Shown in pieces: positions 40,236-50,860 of a stretch of DNA of 64,000 nucleotides. Each line of letters opens with the position of its first letter. The stretch's first letter is position 1. Source of the DNA: an uncultured Chloroflexia bacterium (GTDB lineage: Bacteria; Chloroflexota; Limnocylindria; Limnocylindrales; CSP1-4); the NCBI GenBank assembly GCA_963712745.1, contig CAVQJC010000015.1, forward strand, positions 128,001-192,000. The letters run 5' to 3'. Under the pieces are notes generated by a model, which worked only from the letters and a program-made list of their open reading frames with translations, did no database searches and had not been told where the DNA came from. Position numbers and translations under genes: made by a program.

Positions 40236-40398
40236 CCACCACACGCGAAGGGGGAATGGCATGAGTGCGTTGCGCTCGTCCTTCGTTGGCATCGTCGTCG
40301 AAGGGGCGATGCCCCCGATGCCCGAGCCGCTGGAGCCAACCGCCCCTTAGCCGTTTCGCGCCGCCTCGGCTGCTTGCGGCGTCGGAGCGGGTGTGCTC

Positions 40399-41673
40399 CT
40401 ACGCGGGGAACATCTCCTCGAGCTCGGCGCGGAGGCCGTCGCGGACAGCCTTGTGCGAGAAGTGGCGCAGGCCGGCGGCGTAGTTGACCTCGGCCCGCTC
40501 GGCGATGCTGGCCGGGTCGTCGAGCAGAGCACGCGTCTCCTCGACCACGGCCTCGGTCACGAAGCCGTTCATCTCGACGTTGCGGAACCCCTTGGGCCGG
40601 ATGTCCAGGTCGTAGACCGGGTAGCGGTTCACGAAGACTGGCCTGCGATGGTAGACAGCCTCCAGATAGGCATTGCCGAAGCCCTCGATGAGCGAGGGAT
40701 AGGCCACGAGGTCGCAGGCGTCGTACATGTCGCCCAGCGCATAGATCGTCCGTCCGTCCGCACCCCGACCGCGCCCGATGTCGGCCACCCGGTCGGCCGC
40801 CCACAGCAGGTCCACGTCGAGCAGCCGGGCGAACTCCCGCAGGCGTGCCTCGTACTCCATGCCCTCGTCGCCGCTGGCGTGGGAGATGACCAGCCGAGCC
40901 GGCCGACCCAGGCGCGCAACCAGCTCGATGGCGTGCTCGAGCCCCTTGCGAGGGACCACGCGCACGGGCGCCAGCACGAAGAGCTCATCGTCGGCCAGCC
41001 CCAGGTCTGCGCGCAGGTCGGCAGTGACCTCGTCGGGCCGTATCGGCGGGTCCTCGAAATCCATGACGTTGGGAATCACTCGGGCGCTGCGTCCCAGGCG
41101 TCGGGCGATCTGCTCACGCTGCGTGGTGTTGATGCAGGCGTGGCGCACGTTCGGCAACGCCGGCGGGAACGCCGCACTGATGATGTCGTGGACGCTGTTG
41201 ACCAGGAAGCGCTGCCGCTCCCAGGGCAGATCGTGGTGATGCGCGAGCACCGCCATGCCCGACTCGGCCGCCAGCTGCGTGATGGCCAGCCCCAGCGGCA
41301 AGTGCATGGGGATGGTCAGGGCGTTCTCCGGGATGAGCAGGTCAAGCTCGAGATCCCGCACGAACGAGTGCAGGGCCGACTTCAGATGGGCCGTGAGCTC
41401 GTCGATCTGGCGGGAGACCGACTCGGGCCGCCCAGATGACGCATCGCCGAAGACGGCATCGTTGATGGCCGCAACGTCGGGATGGCCGAAGAACGCTTCG
41501 GGCACCTCGCGGCTCTTCTCCGGCGGCCGGTCGACGATGCCTGCGAAGTAGCAGACGTCGTGGCCCATCGCCCGCAGCTCGACAGCCCACTTCTCCGACT
41601 CCAGGGAAACGCCGTCGGTCCCCGCGAAGCGGGTGCCCACGAAACCGATGCGCAGGGGTCGCGTCTCAGCCAT
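40399..41673 (-). CDS. GT4 glycosyltransferase (mannosylglucosylglycerate synthase-like)
   Basis: GTDGVSLESEKW, HHHDLPWER, RVVPRKGLE, YPSLIEGFGNAYLEA. Confidence 0.8.
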   Translation of the reverse strand: MAETRPLRIGFVGTRFAGTDGVSLESEKWAVELRAMGHDVCYFAGIVDRPPEKSREVPEAFFGHPDVAAINDAVFGDASSGRPESVSRQIDELTAHLKSALHSFVRDLELDLLIPENALTIPMHLPLGLAITQLAAESGMAVLAHHHDLPWERQRFLVNSVHDIISAAFPPALPNVRHACINTTQREQIARRLGRSARVIPNVMDFEDPPIRPDEVTADLRADLGLADDELFVLAPVRVVPRKGLEHAIELVARLGRPARLVISHASGDEGMEYEARLREFARLLDVDLLWAADRVADIGRGRGADGRTIYALGDMYDACDLVAYPSLIEGFGNAYLEAVYHRRPVFVNRYPVYDLDIRPKGFRNVEMNGFVTEAVVEETRALLDDPASIAERAEVNYAAGLRHFSHKAVRDGLRAELEEMFPA

Positions 41674-41714
41674 GTGCGCAAGGTACACGGCCGTGACCCT
41701 CGCGAGCAGGACGG

Positions 41715-41903
41715 TTCTTCGCAGTCATCGAACGAACGGGCTCCGAACCGCCAGGTGGCTCGACGATGGAGCCTGCGCGCGGCGGTGGGCATGCCCCGCC
41801 ACGCTCGAGATTCGCGAGTGGCGGCGGCCGTGGTCGCTCGCGGGCCTCGGTCATGGCCCGATCAGGGCCGGGACGCCCAAGATCGTTCATTCATCGCGAA
41901 GAG
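41715..41903. mobile_element. MITE-like element family 1, copy b (189 bp)
   Basis: Left TTCTTCGCAGTCATCGAACG, right CGTTCATTCATCGCGAAGAG; ends match those of 5198-5387. Confidence 0.55.
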
Positions 41904-42106
41904 TCGGCCAGCTAGCTCGCCGCGGGCGGCCTCATGGACCGCGACTTCACACGAGAGTCGAACACATCGGGGCCGATCGGCGTCGGTGGCACGATCGGTC
42001 GCCCCGGCCGGCGCCAGAGGCGAACCTGTTCCTCGACCGTGTGGAGCTGCCCACCGCTCGAGGGCTGTGGCGATGTCGGCGCCGCTGCTCTCTCCCAGAG
42101 GCGCGC

Positions 42107-44834
42107 CTACGCCGCGGGGGCCTGCGCACGGGCCTCGCGGCGGCGGAGCCGCCAGCTTCTCGATCTCGACAGCGATGAACGGCACCGGCGTGACCAGCAG
42201 CACCAGCCCCAGCTCCGCCGCGGACAGGGCGGTGGTCTGGAAGACCGGCTGCAGGAAGGGCACGTAGATCAGCGCCAGCTGCACCAGCACGCTCACCACG
42301 ATCACGACCAGCAAGACCATGTTCGAGCGCAGCCCCAGCGTGAAGACCGACTCGCGCTCGGAGCGCACCACCAGCGCGTGCGAGAGCTGCAGGAACGCGA
42401 GCGCCGTGAATACCATCGTGCGCCACGTCTCCTCGGGCGCGCCGCCGTGGTAGGAGATGGCCTGGATGCCCAGCACCAGCCCGGCCATCAGCAGGCCGAC
42501 CCAGATGGCATGCTGCCACAGGCCGTCGCCGAGGATCGAGGCGCTCGAGTCGCGCGGCGGCTGCTTCATGGCACGCGGATGGGCCGGCTCCACGCCCAGC
42601 GAGAGCGCCGGTGCACCGTCGGTGACGAGGTTGATCCAGAGGATCTGGATGGCCAGGAGCGGCAGCGGCAGGCCCAGGAACGGCGCCATCACCATGACCC
42701 AGATCTCGGCCGAGTTGGTGGTCAGCAGATAGCGCACGAAACGGCGGATGTTGGCGTAGATGCGCCGCCCCTCTTCCACCGCCGCCACGATGGTGGAGAA
42801 GTCGTCGTCCTCGAGGATCATGTCCGCCGCTTCCTTGGAGACGTCAGTGCCGGTGATGCCCATGGCCACGCCGATATCGGCCATGCGCAGCGCAGGCGCG
42901 TCGTTGACCCCGTCGCCGGTCATGGCCACCACCGCGTCCCGCTTGCGCCAGGCATCGACGATGCGCAGCTTCTGCTCAGGGTTGGTGCGTGCATAGACCC
43001 CGATGCGGGACACACGCTCGGCGAACTCGTCATCGGGGATCTCCGCCAGCTGGGCCCCGGTGATCGACTCCCGGGACTCGTCGAGCATGCCCAGCCGGCG
43101 GGCGATGGATACGGCCGTGAGCTGGTGGTCACCGGTGATCATGACCGGCGTGATACCGGCCGATCGCGACTCGGCGATGGCCAGCGCGGCCGCCTCGCGA
43201 GGCGGGTCGGCCATGGCCACCACGCCCGCCAGCTGCAGGCCCTGCTCGGCATCCTCGGGTTCGTCGGGCAAGGAGTCGATGCCGGCATCGGCCAATGCCA
43301 GCACGCGGTAGCCGTCCCTGGCGTAGCCCTCGGCAACCTCCCGCGCTGCCTCCAGGGCCGGCCCCTGGTCGCTCGCCAGCAGCGGCGCGATGGATTCGAC
43401 AGCGCCCTTGACCGCGACCCAGTTGGGCTGCTCGGTGTGCAGACCGCCTTCACCGCGGGTGTGGACCGTGGTCATGCGCCGCCGCTCCGAATCGAAGGAG
43501 ACCTCGGCCACGCGCGGGCAGTAGGCGTGGAGCTCCTTCTGGCGCACCCCGAGCTTGGCTGCGAAGGCCACCAGCGCGCCCTCGGTCGGATCGCCGGTGA
43601 TGGACCACTCCCCGCCCCCGTCGGGCGGTACCAGCGTGGCGTCGTTACAGGCGGCCGCGACGTGGGCTGCGCGCAGGGCCAGAGCATCGTCATCGGCAGA
43701 GGGCGTGAGCGAACCATCGGGCGAATAGCCGTCGCCGCCGACCGAGTACTCGCCGTTGGGCGTCCACAGCCGCTCGACCAGCATGCGGTTCTCGGTGAGC
43801 GTGCCGGTCTTGTCGGTGCAGATGACCGAGACGGAACCCAGCGTCTCGACCGCCGGCAGCCGCCGCACGAGGGCATGCCGAGCAGCCATCCGCCGGGCAC
43901 CGAGCGCGAGCGAGATGGTGACCACCGCCGGCAGCCCCTCGGGGATGGCCGCCACGGCCAGCGACACGGCTATCAGGAACATCTCCTCGGCCGACTCGCC
44001 GCGTGCCACGCCCAGCCCGAAGACCACGCCGCAGATGGCGATGGCCGCGATGGCCAGCCACTTGCCTAGCTGGCCCAGCCGCTTCTGCAGCGGCGTATCC
44101 TCGTCCTCGCCCTGCTGCAATAGCTCAGCGATGCGGCCGATGGCCGTCGACATCCCGGTCGAGACCACCAGGCCCCGGGCACGCCCCAGCGTCACCGCTG
44201 TCCCGCTGAAGGCCATGTTGCGCTGGTCGGCAGGGGTGGCGGCGCCCACCTCCGGCAGCGGCTCGGTGACCTTGGCCACCGGCTCCGATTCGCCCGTCAA
44301 GGGCGCCTCGTTGACCTTCAGCCCTGGCGCCTCGCTCAGGCGCATGTCGGCAGTGACGATGTCGCCCTGCTCGAGCAGGACCACGTCACCGGGCACCACC
44401 TCCGCGGCAGGCACCAACACCACCTCGCCACCGCGGACCACGCGCGCCTCCGGCGAGGACATCCTCTTGAGGGCATCCATGGCCTGCCCCGCCCGGTACT
44501 CCTGCACGAAGCCGACCACGCCGTTGAAGACGACGATGGCAAGGATGATGACGGTGTCCTTGGTCTGGCCGATGAACAGCGTCACCAGGGCGGCCGCGAA
44601 CAGCACCAGGATCATGGGGCTGGTGAACTGATCCACCAACAGCATCCACACCGGGCGCTGCTTCTTCTCGATCAGCTCGTTGCGTCCGAACTCCGACAAC
44701 CGTGCAGCGGCCGTGGCCGCGTCGAGTCCGGCGTCCTCGCTGGTAGCCAGGGCGGAGGCCACCTCGGACGCGGGGATGCGCCAGGGCTGGATGTGCTCGT
44801 CCGCTTGCTGTGTCGCCGGGTCCCCCGCCGCCAT
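42107..44834 (-). CDS. P-type cation-transporting ATPase (P2A, Ca2+-like), with a probable frameshift near 42155
   Basis: [37 protein letters not shown]; as given the ORF runs to 41862, but removing one base gives EIEKWRLRRR..stop at 42107. Confidence 0.9.
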
Positions 44835-44847
44835 CCCCTGTCGCTCC

Positions 44848-45909
44848 CTAGGCTCCGGCGGTGAAGATCATGTACATGAGCACGACATAGGCCACCAGCG
44901 TCATGCCCGAGCCCGGTTCCAGGCGCGAGGCCCGCGTCTTGGCGCCGTGGATGATGCCGGCCACCACGATGGCCATGAGCAGGATGGCGCTGACGCCGAC
45001 GAAGGCCTGGACGGGATCGACCGCGGCCAGGATGGGGCCCTCGGTGTAGAACAGGTCGACGAAGAGGATGATGGCCATATTGAAGGCGTTGCTGCCGAGC
45101 AGCGAGCCCACGGCCAGGTCGAAGGCTCCGATGCGCACGGCCGCCACCGCGGTCGCCAGCTCCGGCAGGGAGGTCGAGAAGGCCAGGAACGAGGCGCCCA
45201 CGAACGACTCACCCAGCTGCGCTTCCACGGCGATGCCGTCGGCGGCATCGACGAGGACCGGTGCGGCAAGGAGGATGACCAGCGCAGCCACTCCGAACTT
45301 GGCCAGGTCCCAGCGGATGGCGTGGATGATGGCCCGCCGGCTGGTGACCTCGGAGCCACTGAGGTGCTCGTGCTCGGCCTCCTCGTGAGTGATCCGCCCG
45401 TGGCTGACCTCGCCGGTGGGCACGGCCGGGGTCGACGAGCGGTGGGTCCAGGCGATGAGACTGAGGAAGCCGATGAAGATGACGAACGACTCGATGCCGA
45501 CCCAGCCGATAGCCAGCTCGAAGGGCCGCATGACGGCCAGCGTGGCCACGGCCGTGAGCGCGATCGCCACCGCAGCGGTGCGGGCATGACCCGAGCCCAC
45601 CCGATGCCAGACCCGGCCGCGATAGGCCAGGTCGACGACGGCCAGCAGGGCCATGTTGGCCATGTTGCTGCCGAAGAGGTTGCCGATGGCCAGGTCCGGC
45701 GAGTCCTCGGTGACGACGGCGCTGACGGCCACGGCGATCTCGGGCAGGGAGGTAGCGGCCGCCACCAGCACCATGCCGATGAGCAGGCCGCCCAGGCCGG
45801 TCACGTCGGCGATGCGGTCGCCCGACTTGGCCAGCAGCACACCCGCCCCGATGATGACTACCGACATCACCGCGAAGAGAGCCAGGTAGTAGATGAGGTC
45901 GGTGTTCAA
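44848..45909 (-). CDS. Sodium:calcium antiporter (CaCA/YrbG family)
   Basis: Two alpha repeats: ATSLPE..GNLFGSN and STSLPE..GSLLGSN. Confidence 0.9.
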   Translation of the reverse strand: MNTDLIYYLALFAVMSVVIIGAGVLLAKSGDRIADVTGLGGLLIGMVLVAAATSLPEIAVAVSAVVTEDSPDLAIGNLFGSNMANMALLAVVDLAYRGRVWHRVGSGHARTAAVAIALTAVATLAVMRPFELAIGWVGIESFVIFIGFLSLIAWTHRSSTPAVPTGEVSHGRITHEEAEHEHLSGSEVTSRRAIIHAIRWDLAKFGVAALVILLAAPVLVDAADGIAVEAQLGESFVGASFLAFSTSLPELATAVAAVRIGAFDLAVGSLLGSNAFNMAIILFVDLFYTEGPILAAVDPVQAFVGVSAILLMAIVVAGIIHGAKTRASRLEPGSGMTLVAYVVLMYMIFTAGA

Positions 45910-46027
45910 GAGCGCTCCATGAGGCAGCGCGGCAGAGGGCTCAGGGTCGGCTGCAGGGTGAATCGTATTCGATGCGGCACCGGAGCCGCTGTCAGGGCGC
46001 GGGAAGGGTCATCACCGGCCCGCGCGC

Positions 46028-46987
46028 TCAGGCAGCCACGAAAACGTGATCGCGCCGCGAGCGCACCGAGACTGCCTGGCCCGGCGAGAGAGCCAGGCGC
46101 TCTGCCTCGTCACGCGGGACCTGGGCCCAGACGTGCACACCGTCGTCGCGCATGAGCTCGAGCCGCACTTCGAAGCCGAGGTAGACCACCCGCTCCACGA
46201 TCGCTTCGCTACCGCCGTCCACGGGCGTCAGCTGGACCTCGATGTCGTGCGGACGGACGAGGGCGTTCCCCAGGCGCGTGATCGGCCCGATGAAGCTCAT
46301 CACGAACTCGTTGGCAGGGTGTTCGTACAGCTCGCGAGGCATGCCTTCCTGCTCGATATGCCCATAGTCCATGACCACGATGTGGTCAGCCACGTCCATG
46401 GCCTCCTCCTGGTCATGGGTCACGAAGACCGTGGTGACCTGGGTCTCATCGTGGAGGCGCCGGAGCCAGGCACGGAGCTCCTTGCGGACTCGTGCGTCGA
46501 GTGCGCCGAAGGGCTCATCGAGGAGCAGGACGGAGGGACGGATGGCAAGGGCTCTCGCGAGGGCCATGCGCTGGCGCTGCCCACCTGAGAGCTGCGAGGG
46601 ATAGCGATCGGCCAGATGCGCGATCTGCACCAACCCCAGGAGGTCTCCCACGGTCGAGCGGATGACATCGCGGGGTTGGTGTCGGATGGTCAGGCCGAAG
46701 GCCACGTTGTCCCATACGGTCATGTGCTTGAACGGCGCGTAGTGCTGGAACACGAAGCCGATGCCGCGGTCCTGTGGCGGGACACGCGTGACGTCACGGC
46801 CATCGAGTCGGACGGTCCCGGCGTCGGGCACGTCCAATCCGGCGATGATGCGCAGCAGCGTGGTCTTGCCGCTGCCGCTGGGGCCCAGGAGTGCTGTCAG
46901 TGTCCCGTCGGTGATCTCCAGCGAGACGTCGTCGAGTGCCACGAAATCACCGAACCGCTTGGTGAGGCTCATCAGGCTGATGGCCAT
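46028..46987 (-). CDS. cysA: Sulfate ABC transporter ATP-binding protein
   Basis: [49 protein letters not shown]. Confidence 0.93.
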   Translation of the reverse strand: MAISLMSLTKRFGDFVALDDVSLEITDGTLTALLGPSGSGKTTLLRIIAGLDVPDAGTVRLDGRDVTRVPPQDRGIGFVFQHYAPFKHMTVWDNVAFGLTIRHQPRDVIRSTVGDLLGLVQIAHLADRYPSQLSGGQRQRMALARALAIRPSVLLLDEPFGALDARVRKELRAWLRRLHDETQVTTVFVTHDQEEAMDVADHIVVMDYGHIEQEGMPRELYEHPANEFVMSFIGPITRLGNALVRPHDIEVQLTPVDGGSEAIVERVVYLGFEVRLELMRDDGVHVWAQVPRDEAERLALSPGQAVSVRSRRDHVFVAA

Positions 46988-47858
46988 GTCTGCTTCTCCT
47001 TCCGAACGAACCGGATTGGTACACCGTCATGGCCAGCAGCACGCTCAGGGCCATGAGGGCAAGCACGATGGAGGCGGTGTAGGCACCCACGAGGTCGAAT
47101 GCGTGGAAGCGCTCCTCCACGTGCGTGGTGAGCGTCTCGGTCTTGCCCGAGATCTTGCCCGAGACGATGGCCACCGCCCCGAACTCACCGAGCGAGCGGG
47201 CGGTGGTCAGGATGACGCCGTAGACGACGCCCCAGCGGATGGCGGGCAGGGTCACGCGCCAGAACGTGCGCCAGGGTGAGGCACCTAGCGTGTACGCAGC
47301 CTGCTCCGCGTCGGTGCCTATCTGGCGGAGCACGGGCATGACCTCCCGCACGACGAAGGGAAGGGACACGAACATCGTCGCGAGGACCATGCCCGGCATG
47401 GCGAAGATGACCTCGAACCCGATGCTTTCGAGGAGGCCCCCGAGCCAGCCGTTCTTGCCGTAGACGAGCACGAGCGCGAGGCCGATGACCACCGGTGAGA
47501 CGGCGAAGGGCAGGTCGATGAGCCCATTGAGCAGGCCGCGGCCGGGGAAGCGGCGACGCACCAGGGCCAGCGCGGCCACGATGCCGAAGGCGGTGTTGAT
47601 GGGCACCGCGATGAGCGTGATCTCGAGGGTCAGCCAGAAGGCCGACGCGAAAGCCGGGCGGTTGATGGCTTCGAGCACCGGCGCGAGTCCGTTCTCGAAC
47701 GTCCGCCAGAAGACCGCCAGGACCGGCAGGCCAAGGAGCAGGAGCAGATAGCCCAGGGCCAGTGTTCGGAGCCCGAGTCGCGCGGCCCGGATGCGGGGCT
47801 CCTGCGACGGCACCTGCCGGGGCATGGTCGTGGAGAGGACGATGTCGGAGGCGCTCAT
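46947..47858 (-). CDS. cysW: Sulfate ABC transporter permease
   Basis: [41 protein letters not shown]. Confidence 0.93.
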   Translation of the reverse strand: MSASDIVLSTTMPRQVPSQEPRIRAARLGLRTLALGYLLLLLGLPVLAVFWRTFENGLAPVLEAINRPAFASAFWLTLEITLIAVPINTAFGIVAALALVRRRFPGRGLLNGLIDLPFAVSPVVIGLALVLVYGKNGWLGGLLESIGFEVIFAMPGMVLATMFVSLPFVVREVMPVLRQIGTDAEQAAYTLGASPWRTFWRVTLPAIRWGVVYGVILTTARSLGEFGAVAIVSGKISGKTETLTTHVEERFHAFDLVGAYTASIVLALMALSVLLAMTVYQSGSFGRRSRHGHQPDEPHQAVR

Positions 47859-48700
47859 GCCATGACCTCCTCGTGGCGAGAGATACGACGTCGGAGCAGG
47901 TCGAACACGGTCAGCAGGGCCAGCGAGGTGGCGAGCATCACGACCGAGACGGCTGCCGCCGCGCCGGGCCGATCCGCTTCGACCTGTCCATAGATGTAGA
48001 CCGAGGCGAGCTCCGTGCGATACGGGATGTTGCCGGCGATGAGTACCACTGAGCCGAACTCGCCGATGCAGCGAGCGAATCCCAGCGCTGCGCCGCTCAA
48101 GATGGCCGGGAACAGGTTCGGCAGGATGATGCGTCGCACGACCGTGGCCGTGGATGCCCCGAGTGACGCGGCGGCCTCCTCCATCTCCTCGTCGAGCTCC
48201 TGCAGGACGGGCTGGACCGCACGCACCACGAAGGGCAGCGTGATGAAGAGCAGGGCTAGCACGATGCCCGCCTGGGAGAAGGCGACGTTGACACCGAATG
48301 GGCTGCGCGGACCGTAGAGCGCTAGCAGGGTCAGCCCGGCCACGATGGTGGGCAGCGCGAAGGGCAGGTCTATCAGCGCATTGACGAATGGCTTGCCACG
48401 GAAGTCATCGCGCACCAGGACCCATGCCATCAGCGTGCCCATCAGGGCGTTGATGGCCATGACAACGAACGACGTCGTGAGCGTGAGCTGCAAGGCGGCC
48501 ACGGCCTGGGGCGAGGTGATGGCGGCCACGAAATCGTCGGGGCCATCCGATACCGAGCGCCACAGGATGGCGGCGATCGGGATGAGGACGAGGAGGCCCA
48601 GGTAGGCAGCGGCGATGCCCGGGCCCATGAGACCCCGCCCATCGTAGGTCCCCCGGGAGATCGACCCGATGGCAGGTCGAGCGCCCACGTCCGGGCTCAT
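47855..48700 (-). CDS. cysT: Sulfate ABC transporter permease
   Basis: DLPFALPTIVAG, LPFVVRAVQPVL, EEAAASLGA, GEFGSV. Confidence 0.93.
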   Translation of the reverse strand: MSPDVGARPAIGSISRGTYDGRGLMGPGIAAAYLGLLVLIPIAAILWRSVSDGPDDFVAAITSPQAVAALQLTLTTSFVVMAINALMGTLMAWVLVRDDFRGKPFVNALIDLPFALPTIVAGLTLLALYGPRSPFGVNVAFSQAGIVLALLFITLPFVVRAVQPVLQELDEEMEEAAASLGASTATVVRRIILPNLFPAILSGAALGFARCIGEFGSVVLIAGNIPYRTELASVYIYGQVEADRPGAAAAVSVVMLATSLALLTVFDLLRRRISRHEEVMA

Positions 48701-49731
48701 GACGCTGCGCGGCCAAGCTCGGCGAAGATCTCGGCCACCATGCCCACATCCGGGTCGAAGAACCGCGAGCGTGCCTCACTCCAGCCGCCCATGTCGGCGA
48801 TGGTGAACAGGTTGGCCGGCTGGACATAATCGAACTGGGCCAACACGTCCTGCAGCACGGGTCGATAGCCGTGGCGACCAAAGACCGCCTGGGCCTCAGG
48901 CGTGTAGAGGAAGTCGACGAAGGCCCTTGACGCCTCGGGGGCATCACCGGTCAACGTCAGCGCCACCGGGTTCTCGATGAGGATCGTCGCGTCGGGCACG
49001 ATGTACTGCAGCGGTTGCCCGGCCTGCAGCGCGAAGATGGCCTCGTTCTCGTAGGCGATGAGCACGTCACCCTGCCCGGCGGCGAACGTGGTCAGCGCCT
49101 CGCGAGCGCTGCGGTCCATGACGCTGGTGTTGGCCACCAGCTGGCGCAGGTACTCCCTGGCCTCTGCCTCGGTCCCACCGCTGACGATCATCGCCTGGTA
49201 CGCAGCCAGCAGGTTCCACTGGGCTCCACCGGAGGTGAACGGGTTCGGGGTGATGACATCGACGTCGTCGCGGATGAGGTCCTCCCAGGTGTCGATGCCC
49301 TTGGGGTTGCCGGGTCGGACCGCGAACACGACGACGCTGTCATGGACGATGCCCTGGTACTCGTTCTGCGACCAGTCCGGTGCCACGATGCCGGGTGCCA
49401 CGAGGCGGTCGATGTCGGGCCAGAGCGAGAGGGCGACCACGTCAGCCGGCAGACCGGCTTCCACCGCGCGACTCTGATCGCCGGAGCCCGAGTACGACGT
49501 CTCGAACGACACACCCGCCCCGGCCTCGGTGGCCTGATACATGGGGATGAGCTCTTCGTAGGCCTCGCGAGGCGTGGTGTAGGCGGCGAGCGTCACCGGA
49601 GCATCGCGCGCGTCGGCCTCGGCCACCACGGCGGTCGAAGACCCGAGCGTCGAACCCAGCGCGGTCACCAGTGCACACGCCGACAACACGGTCGCGGATG
49701 GCCATCGGATACCTGATCGTCTGCTGACCAT
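48697..49731 (-). CDS. sbp: Sulfate ABC transporter substrate-binding protein
   Basis: SYSGSGDQSRAVEAGL.ADVV, GNPKGI.TWEDL, NPFTSGGAQWN, YENEA. Confidence 0.93.
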   Translation of the reverse strand: MVSRRSGIRWPSATVLSACALVTALGSTLGSSTAVVAEADARDAPVTLAAYTTPREAYEELIPMYQATEAGAGVSFETSYSGSGDQSRAVEAGLPADVVALSLWPDIDRLVAPGIVAPDWSQNEYQGIVHDSVVVFAVRPGNPKGIDTWEDLIRDDVDVITPNPFTSGGAQWNLLAAYQAMIVSGGTEAEAREYLRQLVANTSVMDRSAREALTTFAAGQGDVLIAYENEAIFALQAGQPLQYIVPDATILIENPVALTLTGDAPEASRAFVDFLYTPEAQAVFGRHGYRPVLQDVLAQFDYVQPANLFTIADMGGWSEARSRFFDPDVGMVAEIFAELGRAAS

Positions 49732-49760
49732 GGTGGAACACCCCCGCTATTGTCTAGTAT

Positions 49761-49797
49761 TCCTATATTGTCGATAACGTCTATCGACTTTATAGGA
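49761..49797. promoter_or_regulatory. 37-bp AT-rich palindromic operator upstream of sbp
   Basis: TCCTATA-tt-GTCGATA-acgtc-TATCGAC-tt-TATAGGA. Confidence 0.65.
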
Positions 49798-49926
49798 TGA
49801 TATGGAAGCGGTGCCCGGTTGTCAAACGTTGACCTCGACCAGCCGTGGCAGAATCGAGGTCCCACGCCCCGGCGCCGGGTCTCTGAAGCCCCGCTCTGCG
49901 CCGCCGACCTGAGAAGGAGAGCCCTG

Positions 49927-50337
49927 ATGGATCTGCGTTTCCTCGCCCCCAAGCGGACCGCCCACGCTCACTGCGACATCCCCTGCGGCGTCTATGACCC
50001 GGAACAGGCCCGCATCGAGGCCGAGTCCTGCCATCGCATCATCGAGCGCTACCACGCCTCTGACGACGAGGTCTTCCGCGCCCGCTGCATCGTGGTCAAG
50101 GAAGAGCGAGCCGACCTGGTGAAGCACCACATCGACGTCCTCTGGCACGACTACTTCAAGCCCGAGCACGTCGAGCAGTACCCCGAGCTGCACGACACCT
50201 GCTGGAAGGCCTCCAAGGCGGCCTCCGCGGTCAAGCAGGGCGTCGACCTCGACGCCGCCAAGAACCTGCTCGCGCTCATCGACCAGGTCGACGCGATGTG
50301 GAAGGGCACCGGCGGCCCCGGCAAGACCCGCATGTAA
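49927..50337 (+). CDS. sodN: Nickel superoxide dismutase precursor
   Basis: Leader ending AHA, followed by the Ni-hook HCDIPCGVYDP; LWHDYFK. Confidence 0.95.
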   Translation: MDLRFLAPKRTAHAHCDIPCGVYDPEQARIEAESCHRIIERYHASDDEVFRARCIVVKEERADLVKHHIDVLWHDYFKPEHVEQYPELHDTCWKASKAASAVKQGVDLDAAKNLLALIDQVDAMWKGTGGPGKTRM

Positions 50338-50412
50338 CTCGGATCCCGAGCCCGATGACGACCCGCTCAGGATGCCTGGGCGGGTCGTTCTGATTCGCCG
50401 GCAGGACGGCAG

Positions 50413-50499
50413 ATGATGCACCGACTGGGGCGCTTGATGATGCACCGACTGGGATGCCCATGATCCACCGACAGGGATGCCCATGATCCACCGACTGAT
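50413..50499. repeat. 23-24-bp degenerate tandem repeat x4 overlapping the sodX start
   Basis: ATGAT(G/C)CACCGAC units at 50413, 50437, 50460 and 50483. Confidence 0.85.
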
Positions 50500-50827
50500 C
50501 CGCTCCTGGGGCGCCCGCGTCGCGGTCGAGGGCGACTCGATGCGCCCGACGCTGGAGCCCGGCGACTGGCTGCTGGCCGACCCCGATGCCTATGCCGATG
50601 CGCCCCCCATCAGCGGGGATCTCGTGCTCGTGCCCGATCCCCGAGGGCCCGCGCGCCTTCTAGTCAAGCGCGTGGTCGAGGTGCACGGTGCCGACGTCCT
50701 GGTCGCCGGCGACGCTCCTGGAGCGTCGACCGACTGGCGAACCTTCGGATCGGTCGACGTCGCCTCGATCGAAGGCCGGCCCTGGTTCCGCTACTGGCCG
50801 CCGCGCCGCATCGGGGGCATCCGCTGA
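50483..50827 (+). CDS. sodX: NiSOD maturation protease (S26)
   Basis: VEGDSMRPTL.PGD, LVKRV, ASTDWRTFG; directly downstream of sodN. Confidence 0.88.
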   Translation: MIHRLIRSWGARVAVEGDSMRPTLEPGDWLLADPDAYADAPPISGDLVLVPDPRGPARLLVKRVVEVHGADVLVAGDAPGASTDWRTFGSVDVASIEGRPWFRYWPPRRIGGIR

Positions 50828-50860
50828 GGGCCTGGCCCATGGCCAAGAACCGCTGCGAGT

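Noticed and set aside
46947-46987. Frameshift at the cysW end (41-bp overlap with cysA)
   Set aside because: All CysW motifs are complete before the overlap, and short overlaps are common in ABC operons
49819-49854. Sigma70 promoter or nickel-regulator box for sodN
   Set aside because: The GTCAA-ACG-TTGAC palindrome is short and the -35/-10 spacing (14 bp) does not fit, so support is insufficient
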